Under the pieces are notes generated by a model. It ran no database searches. It had not been told where the DNA came from and worked only from the letters and a program-made list of their open reading frames with translations. 64,000 bases of DNA from contig OZ024740.1 in the NCBI GenBank assembly GCA_964016885.1, positions 131,006,001-131,070,000 on the forward strand. The letters are read 5' to 3'. Shown piece after piece: positions 27,101 through 40,400 of this stretch. Made by a program: the position numbers and the translations under genes. Numbering within the stretch: position 1 is the stretch's first letter; every line of letters starts with the position of its first letter. This DNA comes from Eledone cirrhosa. Its lineage: Eukaryota.

Positions 27101-29458
27101 GTTGAGCAGGTGTCCCTGCTTCCATGACGTCCCCAAGTCGCGCGCATTTATGCTGCCTATTCTGAGTGAGGTCATGTTGAAAAGCAGTGGAAAAGATGGG
27201 AAAGACCACTTACCTTACTTCTCGTAGGGGAAGGACGGTTTTTCCAACCTTTTCACTGCTTGTGGCCTCCTCAGGAAGGATGTCCTTATAAAACCTCCTG
27301 GAGTGTGCTTGTCGGATGTCTCCGATGTCTTTGGGGAATTTTTGTTTTAGTGTCATGTACGTTTTCTGTGTCATGCGAGTGATTTGTATGTGCAGAGGTG
27401 GTGTGAATTTTTGGGTTGTTATGTAGTCTTTTTCTGTGATGCTGGTGTTGTGTTGGATGTAATGTAATAATTGCTTGTTGTTCAAATTTAATGCTGTGTA
27501 GTGTGTATCGTTTTGGTTGTTTTGTTTTGTTTGCGTTTGTTGTGGGTTTGTTTCTGTTTCGCATGTTGGTGACTTTTGTGTTGTAGGTGATGGTGGTGTT
27601 GGGGTTAATGATGGTGATGGTGTTGGTGTTTGGGTTGATGCGGTTGGTGATGCTGGTGTGGATGGTGGCATATCTGTCCTAAATTTTGTTTGATAATTTA
27701 TTTGTTTCCCTCTCTATTTTGTTTTTGGAGGGGGAAGGAAGAGAATATTCTCTTTTTTGGTTTCTTTTTCTTTTTCCTGATACCGTTTCCCACTCCTCGT
27801 CGTCACAATCTGTCTCCAGTTGTGATAGGCCGGGGATTGGAAAATCCTCTGCAGGCGTTAGTTTTGGTTGTGCCGTGGTGGATGGTGTAGGCGCTGGTGC
27901 TAGTTCTGAAGCGTTGGGTGGTGGTGGTGTTGGTTTTGCTACTGTTGCTGGGGTTTTTGCTGTTATAGTTGCTTCTGTTGTTGCTGCTACAGTTGTTGCT
28001 GCCATCTCTGCTACTGGTGGTGTTGATGGTTGTGTCACTGGGGTGGGTAGGAGAGGTGGCCTCAACCTTTTAGCCTGAGAGCAGAAACCCCTAAGGTGGG
28101 TTCCTTCACCACAAACGACAAACCTAGGCCCTCTGCCCTCTACAATTACGGTGACGTGGCTGCAGTCATTGAGGTCTATTAACTCTGGGATCTCCTCAAT
28201 GCTTTTTTGGTCCGCTTGGATCAGGAGCTCCATCCCAGATCCGGACCTGTTCCCCTGCTTTTCTTTTGCTATTGCTATTATCTTTGTGTTGGCTTCGATG
28301 CCGGCGAGGATGACCGCTATTAGCCAGGGAACTTCGATGGCCGGTGGAACGTGGGTCACCCTGATCTTTACAAGTCCCTGGCCACAATAGCTTGGGACGA
28401 GTGTGAAGTCGTCACTTCTTAATGGGGCCATGGAGTGTTCTCTAGCCTCCTCTCGTGTTTCAAAGAACACGTCCACGGTTCCATACTTCTGCCCACGTTT
28501 GATGTGGGCTTTTCTTGCCCACACATATCCCAAAGCTTTTGAGATTTGGGACTCGGATACCCGTTCCACTCGGCGCGATTTTACATTTATTGTTCGATAC
28601 GACACGGTGCATAGGCGCCGATGCTCCATTTTATTAGGTGTGTGTGGGGGGGGGCTGACCCTGTACCCATCTTTCTTTACCATTTGTTTGGCATTTTCTA
28701 AATCCTCCTGAGTTACCGTAAATGCTTCGAACTGTTTTGCTACTCTGGCAAAACTCAGGGTGGTTTTTTTAATGTCATTGTTGTTGTTGTTGCTATCGTT
28801 ATTTTTGTTATTATTAATTTTAGTTTCAGTTGTGGTGGTGGTGACGTCAGTAAAATTCGGTTTGGTTGAAAATATTTCGACATCACGAGTTGATTTATTT
28901 TTTCCTTTTGTTTCTGTTGTCGCTGTGGTGGTGGGGGTGGTGGTTGTCGTGGTGGTGGTGGTGGAGGTGGTGGTTGTCGCGGTGGTGGTGGGGGTGGGGG
29001 TTGTCGTGGTGGTGGAGGTGGTGGTTGTCGCGGTGGTGGTGGTGGTGGTGGCGGCTTTAACACCTGCAGTCATTGGTAATGGCGGGAAATGAATGTCTGC
29101 CTGAGACAAATTTATTTATTTAAAATATTGCTAGTGCTTAAATTGTTTGTGTTGGAAGACGCATAATCATTTACAATGGTGGTGTCGGTGTGAGGTGTTA
29201 ATTTGTGAGAAAGGCTTTCAGCTGCTTGGTGCAGTGGTGAATTAGCCATTTTTTTTCAAAGAAATTTTTTGATAATCATCAAAGTTTAAATTTTGGGCAC
29301 AAGGCCCCAATCTTTTTGGGTGTCCTTTTCGGAAAACAATGTATGTGCGCTTATATATAGTTAACAATAAACATTTTCCATAAATGGCAATTTTTAACAA
29401 ACCGAAATAACAAACCTTTGCGGAGCTCACGATGATACGATTTACTACGTAGGCCGCC
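24181..29458 (-). mobile_element. Tx1/L1-clade LINE copy C (same family as B), ~0.6-kb deletion in ORF2
   Basis: High similarity to B. ORF2 ATG at 27175, with a 347-aa RT fragment at 25263-26306. The junction at ~25135 skips the segment equivalent to B ~19430-20020. The 3' end has AATAAA then (ATT)n. Confidence 0.95.
27210..29109 (-). pseudogene. Tx1 ORF1 (gag-like; poly-Thr, RRM-like region, zinc knuckle, Pro/Thr-rich tail), split by one frameshift
   Basis: 476-aa plus 153-aa ORFs. YGTVDVFF is RRM-like and FVVCGEGTHLRGFC is a degenerate knuckle; the intact CX2CX4HX4C form is CYLCGPKGHLRAFC in copy D. Confidence 0.85.
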
Positions 29459-30253
29459 AATAATAATAATAATAATAATAATAAAAATAATGGAAGAAGA
29501 TACACATGGTGGATAGAAGGTCGAGATATTGCTCCCGTAAGTTTTGATGTTTTAACATATTTAAATCATTTGTGAAATAACAATTCTTATTACAAATGTT
29601 ACGTAAAGCATCCGGCTTGCGCCCCCCAAACATTCGGACCCCAAATATATTGCTATAAGGCTCAAATATTCAACTTTGTATTGTACATTGTATATTCAAA
29701 AAGGAAAATGGCTATAAATGGAAGAAGAAGACCCCCCCCCCCCCTCATATGTCTACACTATATAGAACAGACAAACAACAGCAATTTCACCAACACCAGA
29801 AACTAGATACACCACCTACCCCATCACCCCCCTGTGTACACTAAACGCAACAGCAAGATAACGGCAATTTCACCACCACCACAACCAATCTCAACATAAT
29901 AATGATAATAATAATTACTATTATTATTGTCCCAAGTTTTAACAAAATGCTTAATTCCAACATTAAGGGAATTTATGTCAACACATGTGCGCGACTAGCC
30001 CCATAGATTCACCGAACGGACATCAGTAACGACAACGCCATCACTACAGTCACCGCCGCCGCCGCCCATCCATCATTACTACCACTATCCCATCACATCC
30101 GCCACCACTCCTTCATTGCTACCACCGCTACCCCCCACTACCTTCTGTTAACTTACGAAAGGGGAGAATGGCGATACCACTAGACAATATTGATAAACAA
30201 GATTAATATGTAATTTTGGATCAGGAATGTCGGAGGCGAAAATGGCAAAATGA

Positions 30254-30669
30254 CTAAACGACTACAGATTATTATTTCACAACCAATACCACCACCACTG
30301 CCACGATGAAAACTCTGGTTGAATCGACTCAAATGTATACCCCAACTACAACACCATCACTACAGTAATACGACCACATCAACATCACTACTAAACGACT
30401 ACAGATTATTATTATTTCACAACCAATACCACCACCACTACCGCGATGAAAACTCTGGTCAAATCGACTCAAATGTATACCCCAACTACAACAGCATCAC
30501 TACAGTAAAACAATCACATCACCACCACTACTAAACGACTACAGATTACTATTTCACCACCAATAACACCACCACTACCACGATGAAAGCTCTGGTCAAA
30601 TCGACTCAAATTTATACCCCAACTACAACACCATCACTACAGTAATACGATCACATCATCACCACCACT
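30254..30669. repeat. Tandem repeat, 3 copies of ~138 bp
   Basis: ctaaacgactacagatta...aatcgactcaaat.tataccccaactacaac units start at 30254, 30391 and 30531. Confidence 0.95.
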
Positions 30670-31029
30670 GCCTCAGTATCGCTACCGCCGCTATTCTCTC
30701 CCATTGCCTCCTGCTGCTAGCACCGCACTGCCACCACAATGTATAATTCCTACTAAAAAAGAGGAAGGCAAATATATAGATAGACTCAAAAGGAAAAACA
30801 AAAATGAAAATCAAAGCAGCACAGCAACAAAAACAAAAAAGAAAAGCAGACAAAAAAAAACAAAAACAAAAAAACGTAAAGAAAATAAGAATGAAGAGAG
30901 AAACAAACGGACGGACAGAGAAGGGAAGGGAAAAACTAAGTCAGAAATTCGAACACTACATTACAATGAAACTTATGCTTATTCATTTTTGGGCTTTTTT
31001 CTGCCTGTTTGTTTGTTTGTTTATATGTG

Positions 31030-34000
31030 TTCGTCTACAGCGTGATAATGCCACACAAGAGCCAAGTGGAGTGACGCAACCACCGGCGACGGTGAATCCA
31101 CAGGTGGTTATGTAACCATGCATTCGCCAATCCTCGATAACAGTGTTTAAATGTCGAACCTAAACAGTTCGAATAACGGTGAAATGGAGACTAGAACGTC
31201 ATGTGAAAGACACTCACCCAACAGGTGCTCCCTGGCTCAGCAGGAGGGACCTGGTTGTCAACCAAATACTGCTGGTGTCGGAGGAGGAAGAAGAAGGAAA
31301 GGGACCAGAACCAACTGGACGAAAGAATTGAATAGAACTGTTATGCAATGTTACCTGAAAAGTAACCCCAAGTAGAGGGGCTATAGGAGACGGATGCATA
31401 ACATCTGGAACGAGATTGGTCTATTTAAATTAGATGAACAAAAATTGGCCGGGCAGACTCGGGTAATAAGAACTAATGGGTGGATAAGCGAGCTGGAACT
31501 GGAGGAACTGAGCAGAGATATTAGCTTGGAGATGGAGGGTGGAGTATGCCAGGCAAACGAGCCAGTGGGAAATGAAGGTGAAGAGATCGAGAGAACGGAG
31601 GAACCACCCGAAGCAGACAATGATCTGAATACTGAGATAAATAATACCTGGAACAGAGATACGGCCACTGAGGAGATGAATGCTGACGGGCTAGGACAAG
31701 ATTTGGTTGACATCTTAAATTTAGTGGTAGATGAATTGAACAATGATAGTAGGAGACCTATGAACCTCAGATTTGTAGACAGAAAAAAGTTAAAAGAAAC
31801 AACAGCTAAGGTAAACAAAGTCCTCCCATACCTGGAGGCGAGGAGCCTTCACTAGTGCAACAATATCCTCAAAGCAACAGCAAATACGGTGAGGAAATTA
31901 CTTGGTATAAAAGCGAGAGAAACAACAGACAAGTAAGAGCACAGCTTTGTTGGAAGAAACGACTGAGTGGTCAAATCAGGGAAATGAGAAATGACATTGG
32001 AAAGCTTGAGTCACTACTGAATGGGACACTAAAAAACATAGACACTAAAAATAGACTGTAAATAAAGTACAAAACTAGGAGGAAAAAGCTAAATATTATC
32101 ATGGAGTAACTGAAGCAACTCATTGTAGCAAAGAGTGCAAAAATCAGGCGATACGAGAACAGAGTCAGTCAGTATAAACAGAACCGCATGTTCGACAACA
32201 ACCAGTAGATGCTGTTTGGACAGCTTGAGGGGAAAGAAAGAGGCAACGACTTGATCCCTGAGGCGGAACAAACTAAAACATTCTGGAGAGGAATAAGGGA
32301 GCAGGAATGTAGACATAATGACCAAGCAGTGTGGATTGAGACAGTACAGAAGGAGATCGGTGAACAGGCACACCAACAAACTGATTTGAGTATCACAGTT
32401 GAAACTCTTAAGGGGCAGGCCAAAAAACTAACCAACTGGAAATCACCAGGCCCAGATGGTGTGCAGGGGCATTGGATTAAAAATATAAAATCTCTCCACC
32501 CGAAACTGACAACCATGTTCAATGACTGCTTGATGTCAGGTGAGGTACCAGAGTGGTTGACAAAAGGTACCACAGTTCTGATAATGAAAGACCGAATCAA
32601 GGGTAATGATGTTACCAACTATAGACCTATCACATGTCTGTCCGTAATGTGGAAACTGTTGAGGAAATCTACCATCACCTCCACACAAACAACTTGTTAC
32701 CGGACGAACAGAAAGTATGCCGAAAGAAGTCACGTGGTACAAAGGACCAGTTGCTTATTGATAAGATGGTAATGGGGAATTGCAGGAGGCTTACCATCAA
32801 TCACCTCCTCTTCATGGACGATCTTAAGCTCTTCGGGAAGAGTGAGAAGGAGTTGGATGTGCTTGTTGACACTGTCCGTATTTTCAGCAGTGATATATGT
32901 ATGCAGTTTGGTATTAGTAACTGTGGAGTGATTGTGATGGGGAGGGGTAGGTTGAGCAGAAGTAACGGAATCCAGATACCAACAGGTGAGAGGATAAAGA
33001 AAATTGATTCTGAGGAAGGATACATGTATTTGGGCGTTCTGGAGGCTGATGGCATAAAGAACAAAAAAATGAAGGAATTGTTAAGAACTGAATACATTCG
33101 GAGAGTAAGGCGCGTATTGAAGTCACATCTGAACAGCAGAAATGCCATAAGCGCAGTAAATTCCCGGGCTGTGTCTATTATTAGGTACAGTGCGGGAATT
33201 CTGAATGGAATGTTGTTGAGCAAAAAGAAATGGATAGGAAGACTAAGAAGCTATTGACTATCTGCAACATGTTCCACAAGAGAAGTGATGTCGATAGACT
33301 CTAGTTAAACAGATCTGAAGGTGGAAGAGGTCTTATCAGCATAGAGGACTGTGTTCAGACGGAGAAAAACAACCTACACAAATACGTGACTGATAGTAAG
33401 AAGCCAATGCTCAGAACTGTACTGAAGGAGGGAACAATCGGCCAGGGGATGTCCAAGGAGGAAATAACATCAAGGAGAAAGAGCAGCCTTCAGGAAAAAT
33501 CCCTTCATAGTACCTTCTTTGAGAAAACTGAATTTAGAGATCCATAGACATGGAACTGGTTGAGAAGAGGAGACCTTAAAAAGGCTAAAGAAGGAATGTT
33601 AAGGGCTGCGCAGGAGCAGGTCCTCAAAACGAAGTGGTTGAAACACCATATTTACAAGGAGGAGGCTAGCCCACTGTGCAGGATATGTGGAGAGAGAGCG
33701 GAGATTGTGGCTCACAGTGTATCCGAGTGTAAACACGTAGCCCAGACCCACTATAAGGGCTGGAGACATGATGTGATGGGCAGGGTGATCACTGGCACCT
33801 GTGCAAAGTAAACAATTTACCACATTCTGAGAAATGGTATGAGCATAAGCAAGAGGCGGTGATAGAGAACGATCAGGTGAAGGTGCTGTGGGATTTTAGG
33901 ATACAGACGGACAAGAAACTGGAACACAATAGACCTGACCTGGTGGTCGTGGACAAAGAAAAACGATCGCGTCTGATTGTGGTTGTGGCCTGCCCATTCG

Positions 34001-34321
34001 ACACGAGAGTGCAAGAGAAGGAGAGGGAGAAAGTTAACCGATACCAGGACTTAAAGTGGGAGGTAAAAAGGATTTGGAACTGCCATGAAGTCAAAGTGAT
34101 CCCGATTGCCCTAGGCGCACTGGGGACAATCTCCAAAAGTTTCCAGGGATGGTTAAAGAAAATCAGCCCCTTCACGCTTTTTGGAACGCTTCACAAGGCA
34201 TGCTTGCTGGGAACAGCAAGAACCCTCCGATACGTCCTGAATATCTGAGGCTGCAGGTAGTGGCTTGATATTCATTCCAACGGACTTTCCAGTTAACTAA
34301 CATCAATGACAGAGACTCAAG

Positions 34322-34322
<1 letters not shown>
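31030..34322 (+). mobile_element. R4/Dong-like LINE copy E (single ORF, RT plus RLE), near full length, disrupted
   Basis: N-terminal R..WTKELNRTVMQCY; WKSPGPDGVQG; NYRPITCL; HLLFMDDLKL (RT middle deleted); CRICGE..E..AH..SEC; RPDLVV..ACP..KE.EK..RY.DL. Followed by (TAA)n at 34323-34354. The 5' boundary is approximate. Confidence 0.92.
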
Positions 34323-34354
<32 letters not shown>

Positions 34355-34355
<1 letters not shown>

Positions 34356-36082
34356 CATGGATATAAAGTCGATGACAAAACCATTAATCACTTGTTCTAC
34401 ATGGATGACCTGAAACTATTTGCAAAAAATGATGAACAATTTCAAGGGCTATTATCCACTGTGAAGCAGTTCAGTGATGACATTAAAATGGAGTTTGGAC
34501 AAGATAAATGCGCCAAAGCAACGTTCACCAGAGGGAAGCTGGTGAAAAGTTCAGACATTAATCTTGATCGAGGGAATGTGATAAGAGAACTTGACCAAGA
34601 GGAAACTTACAAATATCTGGATGTTTGTGAAGGAGACGGAATCAAGCACTCGACAATGAGGGAAAGGATAAGGAAGGAATGTTACCGCAGAGTAAGAGAA
34701 ATCTTAAGAACGGAATGGAATGCAAGGAATAGGATCGCTGCCATAAACACGCTTGCCATACCAGTAGTAACCTACAGTCATCAACTGGTCAAGCACAGAG
34801 ATCCGTAGGCTCAATTCACAAATTAGAAAATTCTTAACCATGCACAGAATGCATCACCTTAAGTCAGATACAGATAGAATATATCTCCCTAGGAAAGAAG
34901 GAGGACGTAGGTTAATCCAGTTAGGCATTGCGTTTAAACTGAAACAATTGGATTATCTACATATCTAAGGGAATCACATGATTGGATGATCAAACTCGTT
35001 TTGAAACACGAAAGCATCAAAAGATCCTACTCCATTACACAAGATTCACAAAGATACAGTAATGGACTACACATTTCAGAAGTCCCATTTACTGCAGAAA
35101 TGGAAAACACAGAAAAAGCAAAGCAGGTGAAAGTAACTGCAAAGAAAGAACTGCTACAGAAACTGGCTAAGAAATGGCAAGAAAAGCAACTGTATGGAAA
35201 ATACCCAGAACGAGCTAACAATCCTGATGTTGTCAAAACTTTAGCCCATCAGTGGCTGGCATCCTCTGGACTGAAATCGGAGACTGAAGGACTGATTATA
35301 TCAGCACAAGATCAGTGTCTGCCAACAAAAAATTACCAAGCCAACATAATAAATGATGGATGCAGCCCATTATGCAGTGTATGTACAAAACAACCAGAGA
35401 CCATTGACCATATAATTTCAATGGGCAGTCCTATAGCTCCAACCGAACACCTAAACAGGCATGACAGAGCTGCACAATACATACATTGGATAATGTGTAA
35501 GCATTTTGACCTGCCCCATCAAAAGAATTGGTGGGAGCATCAAACATCTCCCATACTTGAAAAAGATCACATCTCAATCTTGTTGTACTTTAGCATCCAA
35601 ACAGACCAAAAAATAGATGCAAATAGACCTGATATAATATTGAAGGACTTTAAAAAAAGGGTATGCCTGCTAATTGATATGTCCGTTCGAATAGACAAGA
35701 ATGTATCTATAAAAACATTTGAAAAATTGAGCAAGTATAAGGACCTGGAGATAGAAATTGGAAAAATGTGGAAATTGAGAACTAAAACAATACCAGTGGT
35801 TGTAGGCGCTCTGGGAATGATACCTAAGGGGTCTAATGATTACTTATCGCAAATCCCAGGAAACCCGCGTATAGGAGAAATACAAAAGATAGTACTAATG
35901 GGAACTGCCCATACACTAAGGAAGATTCTGTCAATATAAGTACATCATAAGTCTAAACACTAAAGATGCATGTGTTAATATGTATGTTCTTTCTTGAACA
36001 TGGCGGACCTTGTTGTCCCTTGAGGTCACTGGTTGTGACTTGGTGATAACTCGTATGAACATAAAGCAGGATAAATGCAGCT
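34355..36082 (+). mobile_element. R4/Dong-like LINE copy F (second family), 5'-truncated
   Basis: HLFYMDDLKL. The 317-aa ORF 34986-35939 has AQDQ, C..C....ETIDH, RPDII...IDMSV and EK.SKYKDL. Flanked by (TAA)n on both sides. Confidence 0.92.
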
Positions 36083-36105
36083 GTAATAATAATAATAATA
36101 ATAAT

Positions 36106-36149
36106 GTTTTCTTTATTAACCACAAGGGTTTACATAAAGTAGACATTAA
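36106..36149 (-). mobile_element. Tx1 3'-terminal stub (44 bp)
   Basis: gttttctttattaaccacaagggtttacataaagta is identical to the 3' end of copy C, and sits in the TAA tail of copy F. Confidence 0.9.
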
Positions 36150-36151
36150 TA

Positions 36152-37222
36152 ACTATCTACAAAATGTCCCACAAGAGGAGTGATGTCGATAGACTCTACT
36201 TAAGGAGATCTGAAGGTGGAAGAGGTCTTATCAGCATAGAGGATTGTGTTCAGATGGAGAAAAACAACCTACACAAATACGTGACTGATAGTAAGGAGCC
36301 AAAGCTCAGAACTGTACTGAAGCAGATGACAATAGGCCAGGGGTTGTCCAAGGAGGAAATAACATCAAGGAGAAAGAGCAGCCTTCAGGAAAAATGCCTT
36401 CATAGTACCTTCTTTGAGAAAACTGAATTTAGAGATCCACAGACATGGAACTGGTTAAAAAGAGGATACCTTAAAAAGGCTACAGAAGGAATGTTAATGG
36501 CTGCGCAGGAGCAGGTCCTCAAAACGAAGTGGTTGAAACATCATATTTACAAGGAGGAGGCTAGCCCAATGTGCAGGATCTGTGGAGAGAGAGAGGAGAC
36601 TGTGGCTCACATTGTATCCGAGTGTAAACACCTAGCCCTGACTCACTATAAGGGCTGGAGACATAATGTGATGGGCAGGGTCATCCATTGGCACCTATGC
36701 AAAGTAAACAATTTACCACATTCTGAGAAATGGTATGAGCATAAGCCAGAGTCGGTGATAGAAAACGATCAGATGAAGGTGCTGTGGGATTTTAGGATAC
36801 ATACGGACCACAATAACTGGAACACAATAGACCTGACCTGGTGGTTGTGGACAAAGAAAAAAGATCGTGCCTGATTGTGGATGTGGCCTGTCCATTCGAC
36901 ACGAGAGTGCAAGAGAAGGAGAGGGAGAAAATTAACCGATACCAGGACTTAAAGTGGGAGGTAAAAAGGATTTGGAACTGCCATGAAGTCAAAGTGATCC
37001 CGATTGTCATAGGCGCACTGGGGACAATCTCCAAATGTTTCCAGGGATGGTTAAAGAAAATTGGCCCATTCACACTTTTTGGAACGCTTCAAAAGGCATG
37101 CTTGCTGGGAACAGCAAGAACCCTCCGATACGTCCTGAATATCTGAGGCTGCAGGTAGTGGCTTGATATTCATTTCAACAAACTTTCCAGTTAACTAACA
37201 TCTATGACTGAGACTCAAAGAG
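36152..37222 (+). mobile_element. R4/Dong-like LINE copy G (family of E), 5'-truncated
   Basis: Close match to 33257-34322, with ORF fragments 36164-36874 and 36841-37146 and a TAA tail. Confidence 0.92.
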
Positions 37223-37250
37223 TAATAACAACCATAATAATAATAATAAT

Positions 37251-37434
37251 TGTTTCTACTTTAGGCACAAGGCCAGCAATTACCCAGTGCATTACTGGTA
37301 CTTTCTTTTATCGACCCCGTAAGGATGAAAGGGAAAGTCAACCTCGGCGGGATTTGAACTCAGATCGTATAGGGACGTAACTATGCTGGAAAGCATGGCG
37401 TCCGACCCTCCACCGATACTGCTAATCCACCGCC
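37251..37434 (-). mobile_element. tRNA-derived SINE, full length, in (AAT)n
   Basis: Close match to 1428-1611; AAT repeats on both sides. Confidence 0.9.
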
Positions 37435-37454
37435 TTTATAATAATAATAATATT

Positions 37455-40400
37455 CAGTCCTACACGTGACAGCAACTGTTCGACATAGCTCCACAAGTCA
37501 GCAATGCTCGGGCACTGAACGAGTGCGTGCACAACGGTTTCGTCGCTAAGCGCGCATCTCGGACAGGCTCGGTTGACGGCACTTCCGTGCCTGTAGAAAT
37601 TATCTTGAACCGGCAGCGTTCCCCCGTAGCACTGCCAGGCCAGGGATGTTTGGAAATTATGCATAGGCCCCGGGCTGAAAGTTCTGCGGAAGAGAGCAAG
37701 CAGATGATCTTCTTCGACGCCCAGGATCTCTCCGAGAACGTAGTCGCTCTTCCCCTCTACTAGTCCTCTATAGAACGCCGAGGCGGTTGTTCCACCGATA
37801 CTGGTGCCCAACTGGGAGAGGGCAGCGAGCGCCTGGAGACAATCCATTTCCCAAGTGCTATCGCTCGGTCTTTTTCTGACCCAGGACTGCAGCTCCGTCA
37901 AGGAGACGAGCTGTGGGAAAATGTTCCTGGTGAACGGCGACCACACCCGTTCACCATCAAGGAAGCACCAGAGATGTCGCAGCCTCAGCGCATGTTTGCG
38001 CATCATCAGCCATGGCATGCCCAGTCCTCCACTCAACGGGTGTTGACAGTAGATGAATCGTCTGACCATAGGAGCGCTCCATTTTGGTGAGAGTTGGGCT
38101 GGAGCAAGGCACGATGGTGAGCCGGTAGCACATGACGGATGCGATGTACGCATTCGCCACTTCCGCCCGGCCTTTCAGGGACAGCCTCCTCTCTGCCCAT
38201 TTCTGTGTGAGGGAGGCCACCCTGCTCGTCACCTCGTTCCAGTTTATCTAAGTCTAGAGGTTCGGTCCGAATCAGGCCCCGAGCAATTTAACCGGTCCTC
38301 CGTCCAACTCCCCACGAACGTGTCGGACGGCATGGACTTGCCTCTCCAGGTGCCAAGCTGAAAGCCCACCGACTTTTCCTGGTTTATCTTTGCTCCTGTC
38401 ACCGTTTCGTATTCCTTGAGAGCGGTGCCGAGCATCTGGACGTGTCTGGTGCTCGACACCACAACGGTGACATCGTCAGCGTAAGCCGACTCGGATTTCC
38501 CGCATCTTAGTTCGCGTGTGACGCCCCTCATCGCCTCCAGTTTGTGCAGTAAATGCTCGAGGGCCAATACGTACAAGAGAGACGAGAGGGGACAACCTGG
38601 CGGCTGAGCGCATGATGCTGAACGGCTGCGACAGGTGACCGTTCACCCTCACAACTGAGCAGATGTCGCTGTACATTGCTGCTATCCAACGCCTGAAAAG
38701 GGGCCCGAAACCGGCTGCCTCGAGAATCGCCGCCAGGTACCGATGGTCGACCCTATCGAATGCTTTGGATTGATCCAAGTTGATAAGGGCCCCACCCTTG
38801 CCAGGTTCCTTAACCACCCTTTCTATGAGGTATCGCATGGGGTGGAGGTTGTCGTGTATGGATCTGTCCGGGATGGCGCATGTCTGCGCCTCTCCCACCA
38901 GACCCTTGACGACAAGCGCCAACCTTGTTGCTAACACCTTGGCCAAAATATTGAACTCTGCCTTTAGCAGGGTTATGGGCCTGAAATTATCAATAACATC
39001 CCCCTTGTTCGGGTCTTTTCTCAGCAGCGCCACTGCTCCACGTCTCACACAACTGGGAATGCTCCCGTTCTACTGCCAGTTGCAGTAGACGTCTGCCAAG
39101 AGGTCATCGAACAAGTCTGGCATAAATGCATAAAGCTCGTAGGGCAGACGATCTAAACCTGGCGATTTACCTCTTGTGCAGTTAGCCATCGCTTCCCGTA
39201 TTTCACCGGCTGTTATTGGCTTTTCGCAACACTGTGCTGCGGTCGTCGAGAGTCGAGGCAGGCCGTCGAGGTATGCACTGAAGTCCATGCCCTGATCTGG
39301 GCGGCCGCTGCTTCCGAACAGTTCAGCAAAGTGCTGCTGAAAAGCTTCACACATCGCTCGGGTTCGAGCATCACGTACCCGTTTTGGTCAGACAAAGACG
39401 AATTGTGGCTTTATTGCCACGTCGCGCCTCTGCCACCCGGGCCCATTGGACGGCTTTTGTCCCCTCGTGTTTCAGAGCACGCGTTCTAGCTCTGACAACG
39501 CAGCCTTCGTGTTTTCCTTTAAGAATTGTTCGAGTGCCAATCTCGCCGCAAGCACGTCGGTTGCGATGCCTGTCCTAAACGCCTCTTCTAGCTTTCTGAC
39601 TAGCTCTCCCACTACTCTATTTTCCTTTATCACTACTCCTTTGCTAAACCTAATCGACTCTACTTTAATTGCCCTTTTCAGGGCGAACCACCACCTGTTG
39701 TTGACCACCGCTCCCGTCAACATGCGCTTAACTAATACACTAATCCTGTCTATGTAGGCCTTGCGCGCCGGGAAAGACGCGTTCAGCTTCCAGTAACCAG
39801 GTCCTTGTCTATGAAGTCTGTCTATGTCGATCTCACAGATCACAAATTTGTGGTCTGTGTAGTCGACTATTTTAAATTGTGGACAACTTATACTAGCCTT
39901 ATCTAGTTCCCTGCAGAATACCCTATCTAGATACGATCTGAATGACCCGATGCGGTTTGTCCTTGTCCACATTGGCACATTCGGTTGCTCCAGTCGATAC
40001 CAGTCAGACAGTTTAAAACGTCTGAGCAGGTTGGTAAAGCTCTTGCACCCTCCTCCCATATCCACTAGCCCCACACGATCCCAGCGTGCATACAGTCGCC
40101 CACTAACACTAAAGAGCGGGACGTTCCAAGAACGGTCTCTAGACGTCTGAAGAAATCTGGCCGTCCTGCCCCCGTTGGGCGTAGACGGCTACTAGCCTGA
40201 AAGCATTGCCTTCGCTGCCGGTCACGTCTAGCACCACCGACTTACCTTCTGGGTCCAGGAAGATGGCCCGTATCGCGAGATCCAAGCCTCTCCGAAAAAG
40301 GACGGCAACCCCTCCCCCCAATCCTGGACAACTGGGAGATGCGTATACATCGTAGCCGCCGAATATCGGTGCGAAGGCCCGTGCCTCGGAGATTCTGGTT

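Noticed and set aside
30254-30669. Possible CRISPR-like or repeat-spacer array
   Set aside because: Whole ~138-bp units repeat with no unique spacers, and the context is eukaryotic with no cas genes.
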